Assembly (NCBI GenBank): GCA_051294375.1
Contig: CM119269.1
Coordinates: 8,367,245 to 8,431,224, forward strand
Length of the DNA: 63,980 nt
DNA from: Paraspadella gotoi
Taxonomy: Eukaryota; Animalia; Chaetognatha
Direction: 5' to 3'
Numbering within the stretch: position 1 is the first letter of the stretch; every line of letters starts with the position of its first letter. This document shows positions 32,101-42,334 of this stretch, piece after piece. The notes under the pieces were generated by a model. That model saw nothing but the letters and a program-made list of their open reading frames with translations, ran no database searches and was not told where the DNA came from. The position numbers were made by a program, and so were the translations under genes.

Positions 32101-32640
32101 ACAGGGTCTCCCATATGTGGGTATGTGATGGCGAACTCCGTGTTTGGGTTCTTTGAGTTCGAAGGTAGGCGTTGACAGGGTTGGGTACTGATCAAGGAGT
32201 TTATAAAATGCGTTATCTTTTTGGTGTACAAAATTGATATGAGAGGGTGGACTTCCTTTGGAGACAGTGCAGGGGATTGTTGAGAAGTCCTTCAAGTCGA
32301 GAAGAGTGCCGTCGCGATGGTTTGGCGCCAGATAAAATTCTGCTAAAAAGTCCGCGCCCAATATATTTTGCGTAACATCAGCCACGAGGACGTCGAAAGG
32401 GAAAACTCGGGTGCCGAGGACGATCCTCCGGTGGACGACGCCGTAGCAGGAGATTGGGCTGCCGTTGGCGGCTTGGAGTTGCGGGCCGACAGGTCCTGCT
32501 TCTCTCTGGGCTGTGGTGGGTGGGACGAGAGAGAGGAGGGCGCCGCCATCCACCAGCCATTGTTGACGGTTGCTGGCGTCCACTACGTGAAGCAGGTGGT
32601 CGTCCGGTGAATCTGAGTTGGCGCGGGGCACAGCGTTCAC
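29140..32640 (-). CDS. pol: Pol polyprotein (PR-RT-RNase H-IN) with a Pro/acidic C-terminal tail; probably made as Gag-Pol by -1 frameshift
   Basis: PR: LVDGGA and ILGADFL. RT: WSSPLLCVPK, DLLKGYHQI, PFGLKNA, YLDDIL. RNase H: TDASDIAVG, YTDH, NVVADALSR. IN: HGLGHPG..CVPCQ, IVDRFTRWP, TDRGAQF, YHPQSNGLVER, GPY. Confidence 0.97.
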   Translation of the reverse strand: MNAVPRANSDSPDDHLLHVVDASNRQQWLVDGGALLSLVPPTTAQREAGPVGPQLQAANGSPISCYGVVHRRIVLGTRVFPFDVLVADVTQNILGADFLAEFYLAPNHRDGTLLDLKDFSTIPCTVSKGSPPSHINFVHQKDNAFYKLLDQYPTLSTPTFELKEPKHGVRHHIPTYGRPCQARARRLPPEKLAVAKAELDKLVALGIAQRAKSSWSSPLLCVPKADGGWRCCGDFRRLNSKTKDDRYPVKLLADFNAELAGKKIFSKIDLLKGYHQIPVADEDVPKTAVITPFGLFVFLRTPFGLKNAGQDFQRMMDEILGDVPHTYVYLDDILVASETEEEHIKDLDAVFNSLAENGLVINRKKCVLGQKSLEFLGYLVDSTGVKPLPQKVEAIRATNPPTTVKELQRFLGMVNYYRRFIPKAAHHAAALYDILAGKPKQLNWSEKCAASFVAIKEALADATLLRHPRTNAQLALTTDASDIAVGAVLEQRTPEGWEPLAFFSAKLDEAQRRWPPFDRELYGAFRAVRHFRHWLEGRAFTLYTDHQSLIHALHKRAEPQTTRHNFQLSVISEFTTDIRHIRGKANVVADALSRPNPPPIATVDRPVPEEKVQDLYSTINSIGHEGVDLEEMARHQALDRDFQRLSNDARTGLQFRKVTVGEQQLLVDVSNGPARPFVPESWRKKIFDAIHGLGHPGVARTRETIASKFVWPSLKADATRWSRECVPCQQAKVTRHVIPNIGDFKVPAKRFSHLNVDITLMPISNGFSSLLTIVDRFTRWPTAIPMTDMTSTSVVDALTHGWIANYGIPADITTDRGAQFESTIWTQLAQKWGIKHHKTAAYHPQSNGLVERFHRRLKEALIALGDQQPHQWFWKLPSALLAIRTTIKPDVGASPAELVFGEGLAVPGDLLPPPLDDNNLQEQRRQLRNNLRVEVERLLPTETSTHRTPSLYLPETLADTTYVFVQRGGIKPALTAPYLGPYKVISRDNLNFRVEIPGRGVETIAISRIKPATLWRDEEGEERVSQPSPPPSPPPPGRRPVPRTRQPAPTDRQTRSTTRRQQSSPTLQRQDDDDDDNDDDNPTTTPPEAQASLQVTPISDQGDRTNQNNEAPPSANPQPSLTFGAPPTSPAEVQPQPRPRVERILRPRPTNRPNYNAVLKLLLEQA

Positions 32641-32667
32641 CTGCGCTGGCCCGCGGCGCCATTTCCC
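32620..32667 (-). promoter_or_regulatory. -1 programmed ribosomal frameshift: slippery G_GGA_AAU (32667-32661) plus a downstream GC-rich stem-loop
   Basis: The gag frame reads GCG GGA AAT. The -1 frame is open into pol (WRRGPAQVNAV). Stem-loop: gcgggc-cagcg-caggtgaa-cgctg-tgccccgc. Confidence 0.8.
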
Positions 32668-33803
32668 GCCGGCGTCTCCTTCCTCTCACGCCGCTCGCCT
32701 TTGCGGGCGCATCCACGTTCGCAGCGGAAGGCTGCGTCGCCAAATTTAAGGTGCCAACGACAAATTTGCTTCAGGCGGGCGTTGGGCGGACGGGCAGATG
32801 CAGATGGGCCACTTGGGGCATTGCTGCGCCAGTTATTGGCCTGTGGGCGGCTCCTGTCTTGGCGTTGGCCTTGTACGGCGTTGACTTCAGGTTCGCCATC
32901 GGAAACTCCGTCCAAATCATCGACGTGATCGTCGAGGATGGCGGCGTTAATTGTTGATGATGGCGCCGCGAGAGTTGGGCGCCCCTCGGCGTCGAAAAAT
33001 TTGTCTGCGGCTTCAGCGAGTTGGGCCGCGGTCCAATCGTCGATCTTGTCTTCGATTGAGCGTCTCACCTCGATTGGTAAGCCTCTCACAACCGTCTCTT
33101 TTTTGATGTCATCCACGGTCACGGCTTTGACCTTTTCTTCGAGGCGGGCGAGGTGCTGGGACGGGCGGAGGCCGTCACGAGCAAAACCATCAAGTAGGAG
33201 GGAGGCTTGCTGTCGACGAGTCGTTCCGTATTCCTTACGGAGGTACTTGAGGAATTCAGTCCACTTCACTTCCGTTGATTCGCCGTAAAGGAAGGCGTTG
33301 ATACGCGGATTCACATCGGCGCTGATTTTGGCCTCGAGGTGAGCAAATTTTTCACTTGGTTCTATAATGTTAGCGCGGATATAGGCTGATTCGACCCTGC
33401 GAATCCATATTTCGATGTTTCTTGGGTCGAAATTCGGCAGCTCCGGCTTCTTCTTCTTTTCCAGAGCCTTGAGGGCGGCTGCAAGGGCCGAACGGAGTGC
33501 CTCTGTCTCATTGGAGGTAGAGGCAGTAGCCATCTCGCTGCTGGCGTCGACAAAAATCTCGCCGTTGAGTCGGGGAGGTCCAAAATTGAACCTCGGGTTC
33601 CCGTTGGCGTCGACGTTTGGAGACGGCGTTCTGTTCCGATTGAAGAAGCCGGGGGCGTTGTGGTTGCTCTGGAGGCGGAGTCTAGAGGTCTGACGTGTCT
33701 CGCGGTTATCGCTCATTGAGTTGGGCGTGTTGGTTGCGCAGGAAGGTTGGGAAAAAAGTTCGTCGTCGGGTTCATCAATGTAGATAGCGCACGGAGGTTC
33801 CAC
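32637..33803 (-). CDS. gag: Gag (likely ATG at 33716 or 33533)
   Basis: LPNFDPRNIEIW motif and a CX2HX9CX3C (CRWHLKFGDAAFRCERGC) zinc knuckle, the CHCC signature of the CsRn1 clade. Confidence 0.93.
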   Translation of the reverse strand: MEPPCAIYIDEPDDELFSQPSCATNTPNSMSDNRETRQTSRLRLQSNHNAPGFFNRNRTPSPNVDANGNPRFNFGPPRLNGEIFVDASSEMATASTSNETEALRSALAAALKALEKKKKPELPNFDPRNIEIWIRRVESAYIRANIIEPSEKFAHLEAKISADVNPRINAFLYGESTEVKWTEFLKYLRKEYGTTRRQQASLLLDGFARDGLRPSQHLARLEEKVKAVTVDDIKKETVVRGLPIEVRRSIEDKIDDWTAAQLAEAADKFFDAEGRPTLAAPSSTINAAILDDHVDDLDGVSDGEPEVNAVQGQRQDRSRPQANNWRSNAPSGPSASARPPNARLKQICRWHLKFGDAAFRCERGCARKGERRERKETPAGNGAAGQRR

Positions 33804-33844
33804 TTGGGCGCTACCTTAAAAAGAGAGAGATCCGCCAGTTTATA

Positions 33845-34517
33845 TGTGGTCAATTCGTTGACCTTTGTAAATACCATTGTAATAGACTTAGCATTCTGAG
33901 CATTTTGACTGTTATTGTTATATAACCTTGTTGAAGAATAAATCATTCTGATCTGAAACTTGTGTCGTCCATANNNNNNNNNNNNNNNNNNNNNNNNNCG
34001 TTCGTGGGAGTGGCGAGCGAGTTGAGGGATCACGAGATTGACAAGACACTTGAGACGATGTCTAAGATTGTTTAGTTCATAAACCAACTTGCTTGGTTAG
34101 ATGGATAAAATCAAGGACCTTAATAAAATAATCAAAGCATATAGATATTCCAATTGCTTTTGCCAGCAAGCAATTGCAATATCTATATCAAGGCAAAAGC
34201 AATAACTAATTAATTATTCAATTAATTAAACAATTATAATAAATATAAAAAGAAATTAATAAATCAATAATTTTCCATATTTGGGTTGAGAAGAATATTT
34301 CCAATCTTTTGGAATTCAAAATAAAGTAAATGCTATTGTGAAACAGCTGATTGTTTAAGGTCCTGATGTTCTTCTGTTTGGTAAGCAATAATAAAAGGTC
34401 AACAGAGAAAGGTTTAGGTAATAATATAAACTAACGGAAACATAGGTATATTACTTGCCAAGATGGCGGTCCAGGTAAGGACCCAGCTTGTGGCTGGAAG
34501 GCTCCGGGTTCTAATCA
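33845..34517 (-). repeat. Putative 5' LTR (contains a 25-N gap; inner boundary tentative)
   Basis: The outer end matches the 3' LTR. The inner end is placed at ...CA, followed by tataaacTGGCGGA as a possible PBS (~33831-33837). Confidence 0.6.
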
Positions 34518-34549
34518 TAACGATTCACTAAGATATCTATTTTACGAGA

Positions 34550-37500
34550 CGTCAAAACATTCCTTTCTTTATTTTTATGTCTCCTCCTCTTCTTTTCTCT
34601 TTAGTTTTATGTAGCTTTCTCTCACTCTCAATAGATAAAAACGTTAAATACACCAGAAAACGATTTTTCTCTGTAAAAGATATGAAAACTTAAAATAACA
34701 GAAACGATTTTTCAATGTAAAAAGAAAAAAACAACTTTAAAAAAAACGGCAAACGTTTTTCCAATGTAAAAAAAGTTAAAAAACACCGATAAACGACTTT
34801 TCTAAGTAAAAAGTAATAAAAATGTTAAATACAACCGGCAGACGATATTTCAAAGAGATAACAACTTTAAAACAAAGAAAAACGCTTTTTCCAATGTAAA
34901 AAGAGATAAAAATTTCTAAAACACCGGAAAACGATATTTCAAAGAAAAAGAAATAAAAACGTTAAATAACTCTGCAAATAACATCATCGAGGTTGTTAAA
35001 ATTGGTGAGGACAGTTTATTAAATATCTTTTTATCAAAACAAACAAATTTCCTCTCTTTTATTTTATGTCTCCTTCTCTCTCTCTTTTCTCTTAATTATG
35101 TAGCTATCTCTCACTCTCAATAGATAAAAACGTTAAATACACCAGAAAACGACTTTTCTCTGTAAAAAGATATGAAAACTTTAAAAATAACAGAAAACGA
35201 TTTTTTCCAATGTAAAAAGAAATAAAAACTTTAAAAAAAAACGGCAACGTTTTTTCCAATGTAAAAAGAGTTAAAAAACACCGATAAACGACTTTTCTAA
35301 GTAAAAAGTAAATAAAAACGTTAATACACCGGCAGACGAATTTCCAAAGAGTAAAACTTTAAAAACAAAGAAAAACGCTTTTTCCAATGTAAAAGAGATA
35401 AAAAATTTCTAAACACGGAAAACGATATTTCAAAGAAAAAGAATAAAACGTTAAATACTTCTGCAAATAACATCATCGAGTTGTTAAAATTGGGTGAGGA
35501 CAGTTATTAAATATCTTTTTATCAAAACAAACAAATTCCTTTCTTTTATTTTTAAGTCTCCTTCTCTCTCTCTTTCTCTTTAATTTTATGTAGCTTTCTC
35601 TCACTCTCAATAGTAAAAACGTTAAATACACCAGAAAACGACTTTTCTCTGTAAAAAGATATGAAAAATTTAAAAATAACAGAAACGATTTTTTCCAATG
35701 TAAAAAGAAAAAAAAACTTAAAAAAAAACGGCAAACGTTTTCCCAATGTAAAAAAAGTTAAAAAACACCGATAAACGACTTTCTAAAGTAAAAGTAATAA
35801 AAATGTTAAATACACCGGCAGACGATATTTCCAAAGAGATAACAACTTTAAAAACAAATAAAAACGCTTTTTCCAATGTAAAAAGAGATAAAAAATTTCT
35901 AAAACACCGGAAAACGATATTTTCAAAGAAAAAAGAAATAAAAACGTTAAATACTTCTGCAAATAACATCATCGAGTGTTAAAATTGGGTGAGGACAGTT
36001 ATTAAATATCTTTTTATCAAACAAACAAATTTCCTCTCTTTTATTTTTATGTCTCCTTCTCTCTCTCTTTTCTCTTTAATTTTATGTAGCTATCTCTCAC
36101 TCTCAATAGATAAAAACGTTAAATACACCAGAAACGACTTTTTCTCTGTAAAAAGATATGAAACTTTAAAAATAACAGAAAACGATTTTTCCAATGTAAA
36201 AAGAAATAAAAACTTTAAAAAAAACGGCAAACGTTTTTTCCAATGTAAAAAGAGTTAAAAAACACCGATAAACGAACTTTTCTAAAGTAAAAAGTAATAA
36301 AAACGTTAAATACACCGCAGACGACATTTTCAAAGAGGTAACACTTTAAAAACAAAGAAAAAACGCTTTTTCCAATGTAAAAGAGATAAAAAATTTCTAA
36401 AACACCGGAAACGATATTTTCAAAGAAAAAAAAATAAAACGTAAATACTTCTGCAATAACATCATCGAGGTGTTAAAATTGGGTGAGGACAGTTATTAAA
36501 TATCTTTTATCAAAACAAACAAATTTCCTCTCTTTTATTTTTATGTCTCCTTCACTCTCTCTTTTCTCTTAATTTTATGTAGCTATCTCTCACTCTCAAT
36601 AGATAAAAACGTAAATACACCAGAAAACGACTTTTTCTCTGTAAAAGATATGAAACTTTAAAAATAACAGAAACGATTTTTTCCAATGTAAAAGAAATAA
36701 AACTTTAAAAAAAAACGGCAAACGTTTTTTCCAATGTAAAAAGAGTTAAAAAACACCGATAAACGACTTTCTAAGTAAAAAGTATAAAAACGTTAAATAC
36801 ACCGGCAGACGACATTTCCAAAGAGGTAACAACTTAAAAACAAAGAAAAACGCTTTTTCCAATGTAAAAAGAGATAAAAAATTCTAAAAACCGGAAAACG
36901 ATATTTTCAAAGAAAAAAGAAATGAAAACGTTAAATACTTCTGCAATAACATCATCGAGGTTGTTAAATTGGGTGAGGACAGTTATTAAATATCTTTTTT
37001 ATCAAAACAACAAATTTCCTCTATATTATTTTTATGTCTCCTTCTCTCTCTCTTTCTCTTTAATTTTATGTAGCTTTCTCTCACTCTCAAAGATAAAAAC
37101 GTTAAATACACCAGAAAACGACTTTTTCTCTGTAAAAAGATATGAAAACTTTAAAAATAACAGAAAACGATTTTTTCCATTGTAAAAAGAAATAAAAACT
37201 TTAAAAAAAAACGGCAAAACGTTTTTTCCAATGTAAAAAGAGTTAAAAAACACCGATAACGACTTTTCTAAAGTAAAAGTGATAAAAACGTTAAATACAG
37301 CGGCAGACGATATTTCCAAGAGATAACAACTTAAAAACAAAGAAAAACGCTTTTCTAATGTAAAAGAGATAAAAAATTTCTAAAACACCGGAAAACGATA
37401 TTTTAAAGAAAAAGAAATAAAAACGTTAAATACTTCTGCAAATAACATCATGAGGTTGTTAAAATTGGTGAGGACAGTTATTAAATATCTTTTTATCAAA

Positions 37501-39030
37501 ACAAACAAATTCCTTTCTTTTATTTTTATGTCTCCTTCTCTCTCTCTTTTCTCTTTAATTTTATGTAGCTTTCTCTCACTCTCAATAGATAAAAACGTTA
37601 AATACACCAGAAACGACTTTTCTCTGTAAAAAGTATGAAACTTTAAAAATAACAGAAAACGATTTTTCCAATGTAAAAGAAATAAAAACTTTAAAAAAAC
37701 GGCAAACGTTTTTTCCAATGTAAAAAGAGTTAAAAAACACCGATAAACGACTTTTCTAAAGTAAAAAGTAATAAAAATGTTAATACACCGGCAGACGATA
37801 TTCCAAAGAGATAACAACTTTAAAAACAAAGAAAAACGCTTTTTCCAATGTAAAAGAGATAAAAATTTCTAAAACACCGGAAAACGATATTTCAAAGAAA
37901 AAAGAAATAAAACGTTAAATACTTCTGCAAATAACATCATCGAGGTTATTAAAATTGGGTGAGGACAGTTATTAAATATCTTTTATCAAAACAAACAAAT
38001 TTCCTCTCTTTTATTTTTATGTCTCCTTCTCCTCTCTTTTCTTTTAATTTTATGTAGCTTTCTCTCACTCTCAAAAGATAAAAACGTTAAATACACCAGA
38101 AAACGACTTTTTCTCTGTAAAAGATATGAAAACTTTAAAAATAACAGAAAACGATTTTTTTCCAATGTAAAAAGAAATAAAAACTTAAAAAAAAAACGGC
38201 AAACGTTTTTTCCAATGTAAAAAGAGTTAAAAAAACACCGATAAACGACTTTTCTAAAGTAAAAAGTGATAAAAAGTTAAATACAGCGGCAGACGATATT
38301 TCCAAAGAGATAACAACTTTAAAAACAAGAAAAACGCTTTTTCCAATGTAAAAAGAGATAAAAAATTCTAAATACCGGAAAACGATATTTTAAGAAAAAG
38401 AAATAAAAACGTTAAATACTTCTGCAAATAACATCATCGAGGTTGTTAAAATTGGGTGAGGACAGTTATTAAATATCTTTTCATCAAAACAAACAAATTT
38501 CTTCTTTATTTTATGTCTCCTTCTCTCTCTCTTTTCTCTTTAATTTTATGTAGCTATCTCTCACTCTCAATAGATAAAAACGTTAAATACACCAGAAAAC
38601 GACTTTTTCTCTGTAAAAAGATATGAAAACTTTAAAAATAACAGAAAACGATTTTTTCCAATGTAAAAAGAAATAAAAACTTAAAAAAAAACGGCAAACG
38701 TTTTTCCAATGTAAAAAGAGTTAAAAAACACCGATAAACGACTTTCTAAAGTAAAAAGTAATAAAAACGTTAAATACACCGGCAGACGACATTTCCAAAG
38801 AGATAACAACTTTAAAAACAAAGAAAAACGCTTTTTCCAATGTAAAAAGAGATAAAAAATTTCTAAAACACCGGAAAACGATATTTTTAAAGAAAAAAGA
38901 AATAAAAACGTTAAATACTCTGCAAATAACATCATCGAGGTTGTTAAATTGGGTGAGGACAGTTATTAAATATCTTTTTATCAAAACAAACAAATTTCCT
39001 CTCTTTATTTTTATGTTTCTTCTCTCTCCA
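34550..39030. repeat. Satellite array: ~9 copies of a ~490-497-bp AT-rich monomer built from ~40-50-bp subunits
   Basis: The marker aacatcatcgag(g) recurs at ~34981, 35469, 35965, 36458, 36948, 37444, 37933, 38430 and 38928. Confidence 0.97.
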
Positions 39031-39226
39031 ATCAACAAATCATTTCAACGATGAAACAATAAATTTAATTCAAACAATTAATCGAAGGAACGATCAATCA
39101 AATGTATTTGAACAATCAAAAAATGAGATCTGGTTCGATCAATTAAACATGGAATAAGTCAACGCAACAATCAATCAATCAATTATATACATCAATCAAT
39201 GATACAATCAATCAATCAATCCAAAC

Positions 39227-41200
39227 CTTCGATCCGCAAAACGTATGACTCCGTTCTCCGTCGATTCGTCTACAAAATCCGAAATCCGTCAACTTGAGAT
39301 TTTCTCTCGCGTCGATGACGATGTTCTCCAGTTTGACGTCGCGATGTGCCACGCCCACCGCGTGGAGGTACGCCAACGCCTCCGCCAACTGTTTCGTCCA
39401 CGACCGGGCACGGGTGGTCGGTGGGCGGGACTGGGATGTGGGGTCGCGGGAAGGGTGGGGGGAAGGGCGGAGGAAGAGTGAGAAAAGACGGACGGGATGG
39501 AAGTATGGAGTGAGGTATGATAAAGATGGAAAATTAGTGTGCAACCAAGAACAGGGCTTTATCATATTTTTTATTTCAATCGTTATTTTAAGTTATCTCT
39601 CATTCGTTATATTTGAAAAAAGAGTTTGAAAATTTGTTTTAATTTTATTAGCTATTTCTGTTTTGAGAAAAAAAGGGACATGTTTCGAATTGTTTAGTGT
39701 TTACTTGCTCTGATTCAGTCTTGTAAACAAGTCGAAACGTGTCTGGTTTGTTTTTTTTAACAAAAATTGCAGTTGTCGTAAAAACTTTTTTTTTTAAATC
39801 TTCTTCATATTCAATAATTTCTGGAGTTTCTGTTAGAAAAATCTCATTAAAGCAAAAAAATTTTTTTTTTTTTTTGCCCGACAAAAAATTTTTTTTTTGC
39901 ATTATGACAATTATGACATTCAAGCAAAAAAAGGGGAAAAGACGAAGTCAATTTTCAATTTTGGTCAACTTAAGTAAGACAACCCAAAAAGGACTGGATC
40001 GACGCGAGCGTCAAGAAATCTTTCAAAAGGGAAAGTGAAAGAGCCGGTAAAGTGGGATGAAGAAAACTATTTGGACCTAAATAAGTATTTTTTTAAGAAA
40101 ATTAGTATTTAATTGAGCGTTCTACTAGTGCATGTGATGACTTTAAATTATTTGTAACTATCCCTCATCCAAGGGTTTCCGGTATTCCATGCCGCCCTCT
40201 ACCCCTCGCTCCCTTCACCCTCTCGACGCGGCGAAATAGATCCCCCTTGGCCGCCCACTCTAAGAGAATAAACAGTCTGGACTCGTCCTCCGCCGACGCC
40301 TCCACCCGGACGACGTTGGGGTGAGACAGTCCGGACCAGAGTTCCGCTTCTCGATGAGCGAGTTCTCGACTCCGTTCGCCTCGAGTCTTGTCCACCACCT
40401 AGGAAGAGGGAGAGAGGGGGGGAGGAAGGGAAGGTGGGGATCAGATTGAGGATATAGGAGACGGTGGGGATCGTTGGGTTAAAATCAGAGGGAGATTCGG
40501 GTCCGGGGATCCAAATTTGTTAACTTGGTTTTCTTGACGAACTTGTTAACCGTCGCTCTCACGTATTGTCAAAAATACGCCCGTGGCCTTTCCGGCAAAA
40601 GTTGCGATACTGCGACTCTGTCAAACTGTCAATGTTGTCAATAATCTTGTCAGTTTTTTTTATTTTCTAATTCCGCTCTTTTCCGTCTCTTTTTCTCATC
40701 TTCTAACTATCCCGACCTTTAAAAAGTAAACAGATTTAAAAAAAACAAAAAGTTAAAACTAAACAGAAAAGAGTAAACGAACAAAAAATAAACAAATGGC
40801 AAAAAGTAACAAACGTAACGAATAAAAACAAAACAAGAAGCAAACAAAACAACAAACCACCCCCCCCCCGCCAACGCACTCGCCTTTAAGACGAACTTAT
40901 CCCGATCGTTTTGGTCCGAGTCTCTCCTCACGACCTGAACCTTTGAGAAGTCGCCGCTCGTCAGGGTCTCGAGGACGCGGAAGGAACCGCAGCGAAGCAC
41001 GAGGGTGGAGTCGCTCGTGGAGGGAGTGAGGGGGCGGTAGGGGGGCGGGTCTTTAGGGGTGAGGGAGTTGAGTTGATCGATTGAATCATTTATTGACAGA
41101 TTCGATGACCGATTTAATTGATTATTTGATTCGAGTGAAAGATTGATTGATGAGTCGAGGAAATTGATTGACTCGTTGACTAATTGATTATTTCGTAGAT
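39227..41200 (-). CDS. Ser/Thr protein kinase, TSSK/CAMK-like, N-terminal half. Exons ~41200(?)-40884, 40398-40219, 39430-39227; subdomains VIII-XI not found
   Basis: [13 protein letters not shown]|[33 protein letters not shown]..|..[36 protein letters not shown]. All junctions are phase 0; the internal exons are 180 and 204 nt. The start codon is unresolved because of an in-frame stop near 41230. Confidence 0.85.
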
Positions 41201-41577
41201 TAGTTGCCTGATTGATTGACGGGCTTGTTTATCGACTCAATTGATTGATTGATTGTTTGCACGATTGACTTTTGGATCGGCTTGCTAAATCCGTGACAGG
41301 TTTCTAACTTTAAATACCCATGGTAAGTTTCGCTGACAGTTTTGACGACAGATTAACATTTATGATATAAATTATACGATTCCCGCTCGTCCTTTGACCG
41401 ACCTTCTTTGTCTTCATCGTCCAAAACTATGGGATTCGACCGCGTCCCTATCATTTGAAGATGCGAAACCTAATGTCCGAAATTTATTTCTGGTTTATTT
41501 AATTCGTTTAGTCTAGTGAATGTTTTAAAAGTGGAATTGTTACGATAATATAATAAGACGCTTAACGATATCATTAA

Positions 41578-41630
41578 CTCTCTCTCTCTCTCGTCTCATC
41601 TCTTCTTCTTCTTCTCTCTCTCTCCTCTCT

Positions 41631-41682
<52 letters not shown>

Positions 41683-41775
41683 TTATTTTTTTCGTCAAGA
41701 TAAATTCGAAACCAGGCCACTTAAACTTTAATCTTTCACCGACCAGTCATTCCCGATGCCACTTATTAAAGTAGT

Positions 41776-41871
<96 letters not shown>
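41578..41871. repeat. (CT)n and (GA)n tracts in inverted arrangement between the divergent kinase and PTGR1 genes
   Basis: CT tract ~41578-41681, GA tract ~41776-41871. Confidence 0.85.
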
Positions 41872-42334
41872 CGATTGGCGAGCTTTAGAAAACTGGACAG
41901 AACCGGTTTTTCGTTACATGACTTTTGCTTAAACAAATTTTGACGATTTTCTTCGAAATTAATGTCTAGACATAGTGGTAATAACCTTTCTTTTTCGTTG
42001 TTATATGTATTTGGGCAAAATGATTTTTGGCTTTGATAAAATAAAATTCGTTGTGAAACAAAAATCATTTTGCCGAAATTAATGTCAAATTAATATCACA
42101 ATCATCGGTTTTTTTTATATACTAGCTCCACTCTTTCCTTTGACTAACCAGTAAACTTCAATATTTATTTCTGTTAATATTTCTGTATATATATGCACTA
42201 ACGAACAAAAAAGGATTTTCTCTCTCATAACTCTATTAACATTTAACAAGATTTAGTACCCGAAATTTATTCAAGATTTATTCCAGATTTATTCAAGATT
42301 TATTCAAGATTTATTTAAGATTTCCACTCCAACG

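Larger units (their letters stand above)
28944..34517 (-). mobile_element. Ty3/Gypsy LTR retrotransposon, CsRn1-like clade, intact ORFs
   Basis: gag and pol ORFs are uninterrupted. The terminal segment acccagcttgtggctggaaggctccgggttctaatc(c)a occurs at both 28944-28981 and 34481-34517. A PPT lies next to the 3' LTR. Most of the 3' LTR falls in the gap 28844-28943. Confidence 0.95.

Noticed and set aside
30278-33693. Antisense and alternate-frame ORFs over the Gypsy gag-pol
   Set aside because: Expected shadow ORFs of GC-rich coding sequence.
34550-39030. CRISPR-like array or coding repeat
   Set aside because: Units repeat in full with no unique spacers, no cas genes, eukaryotic context and no sustained ORF.
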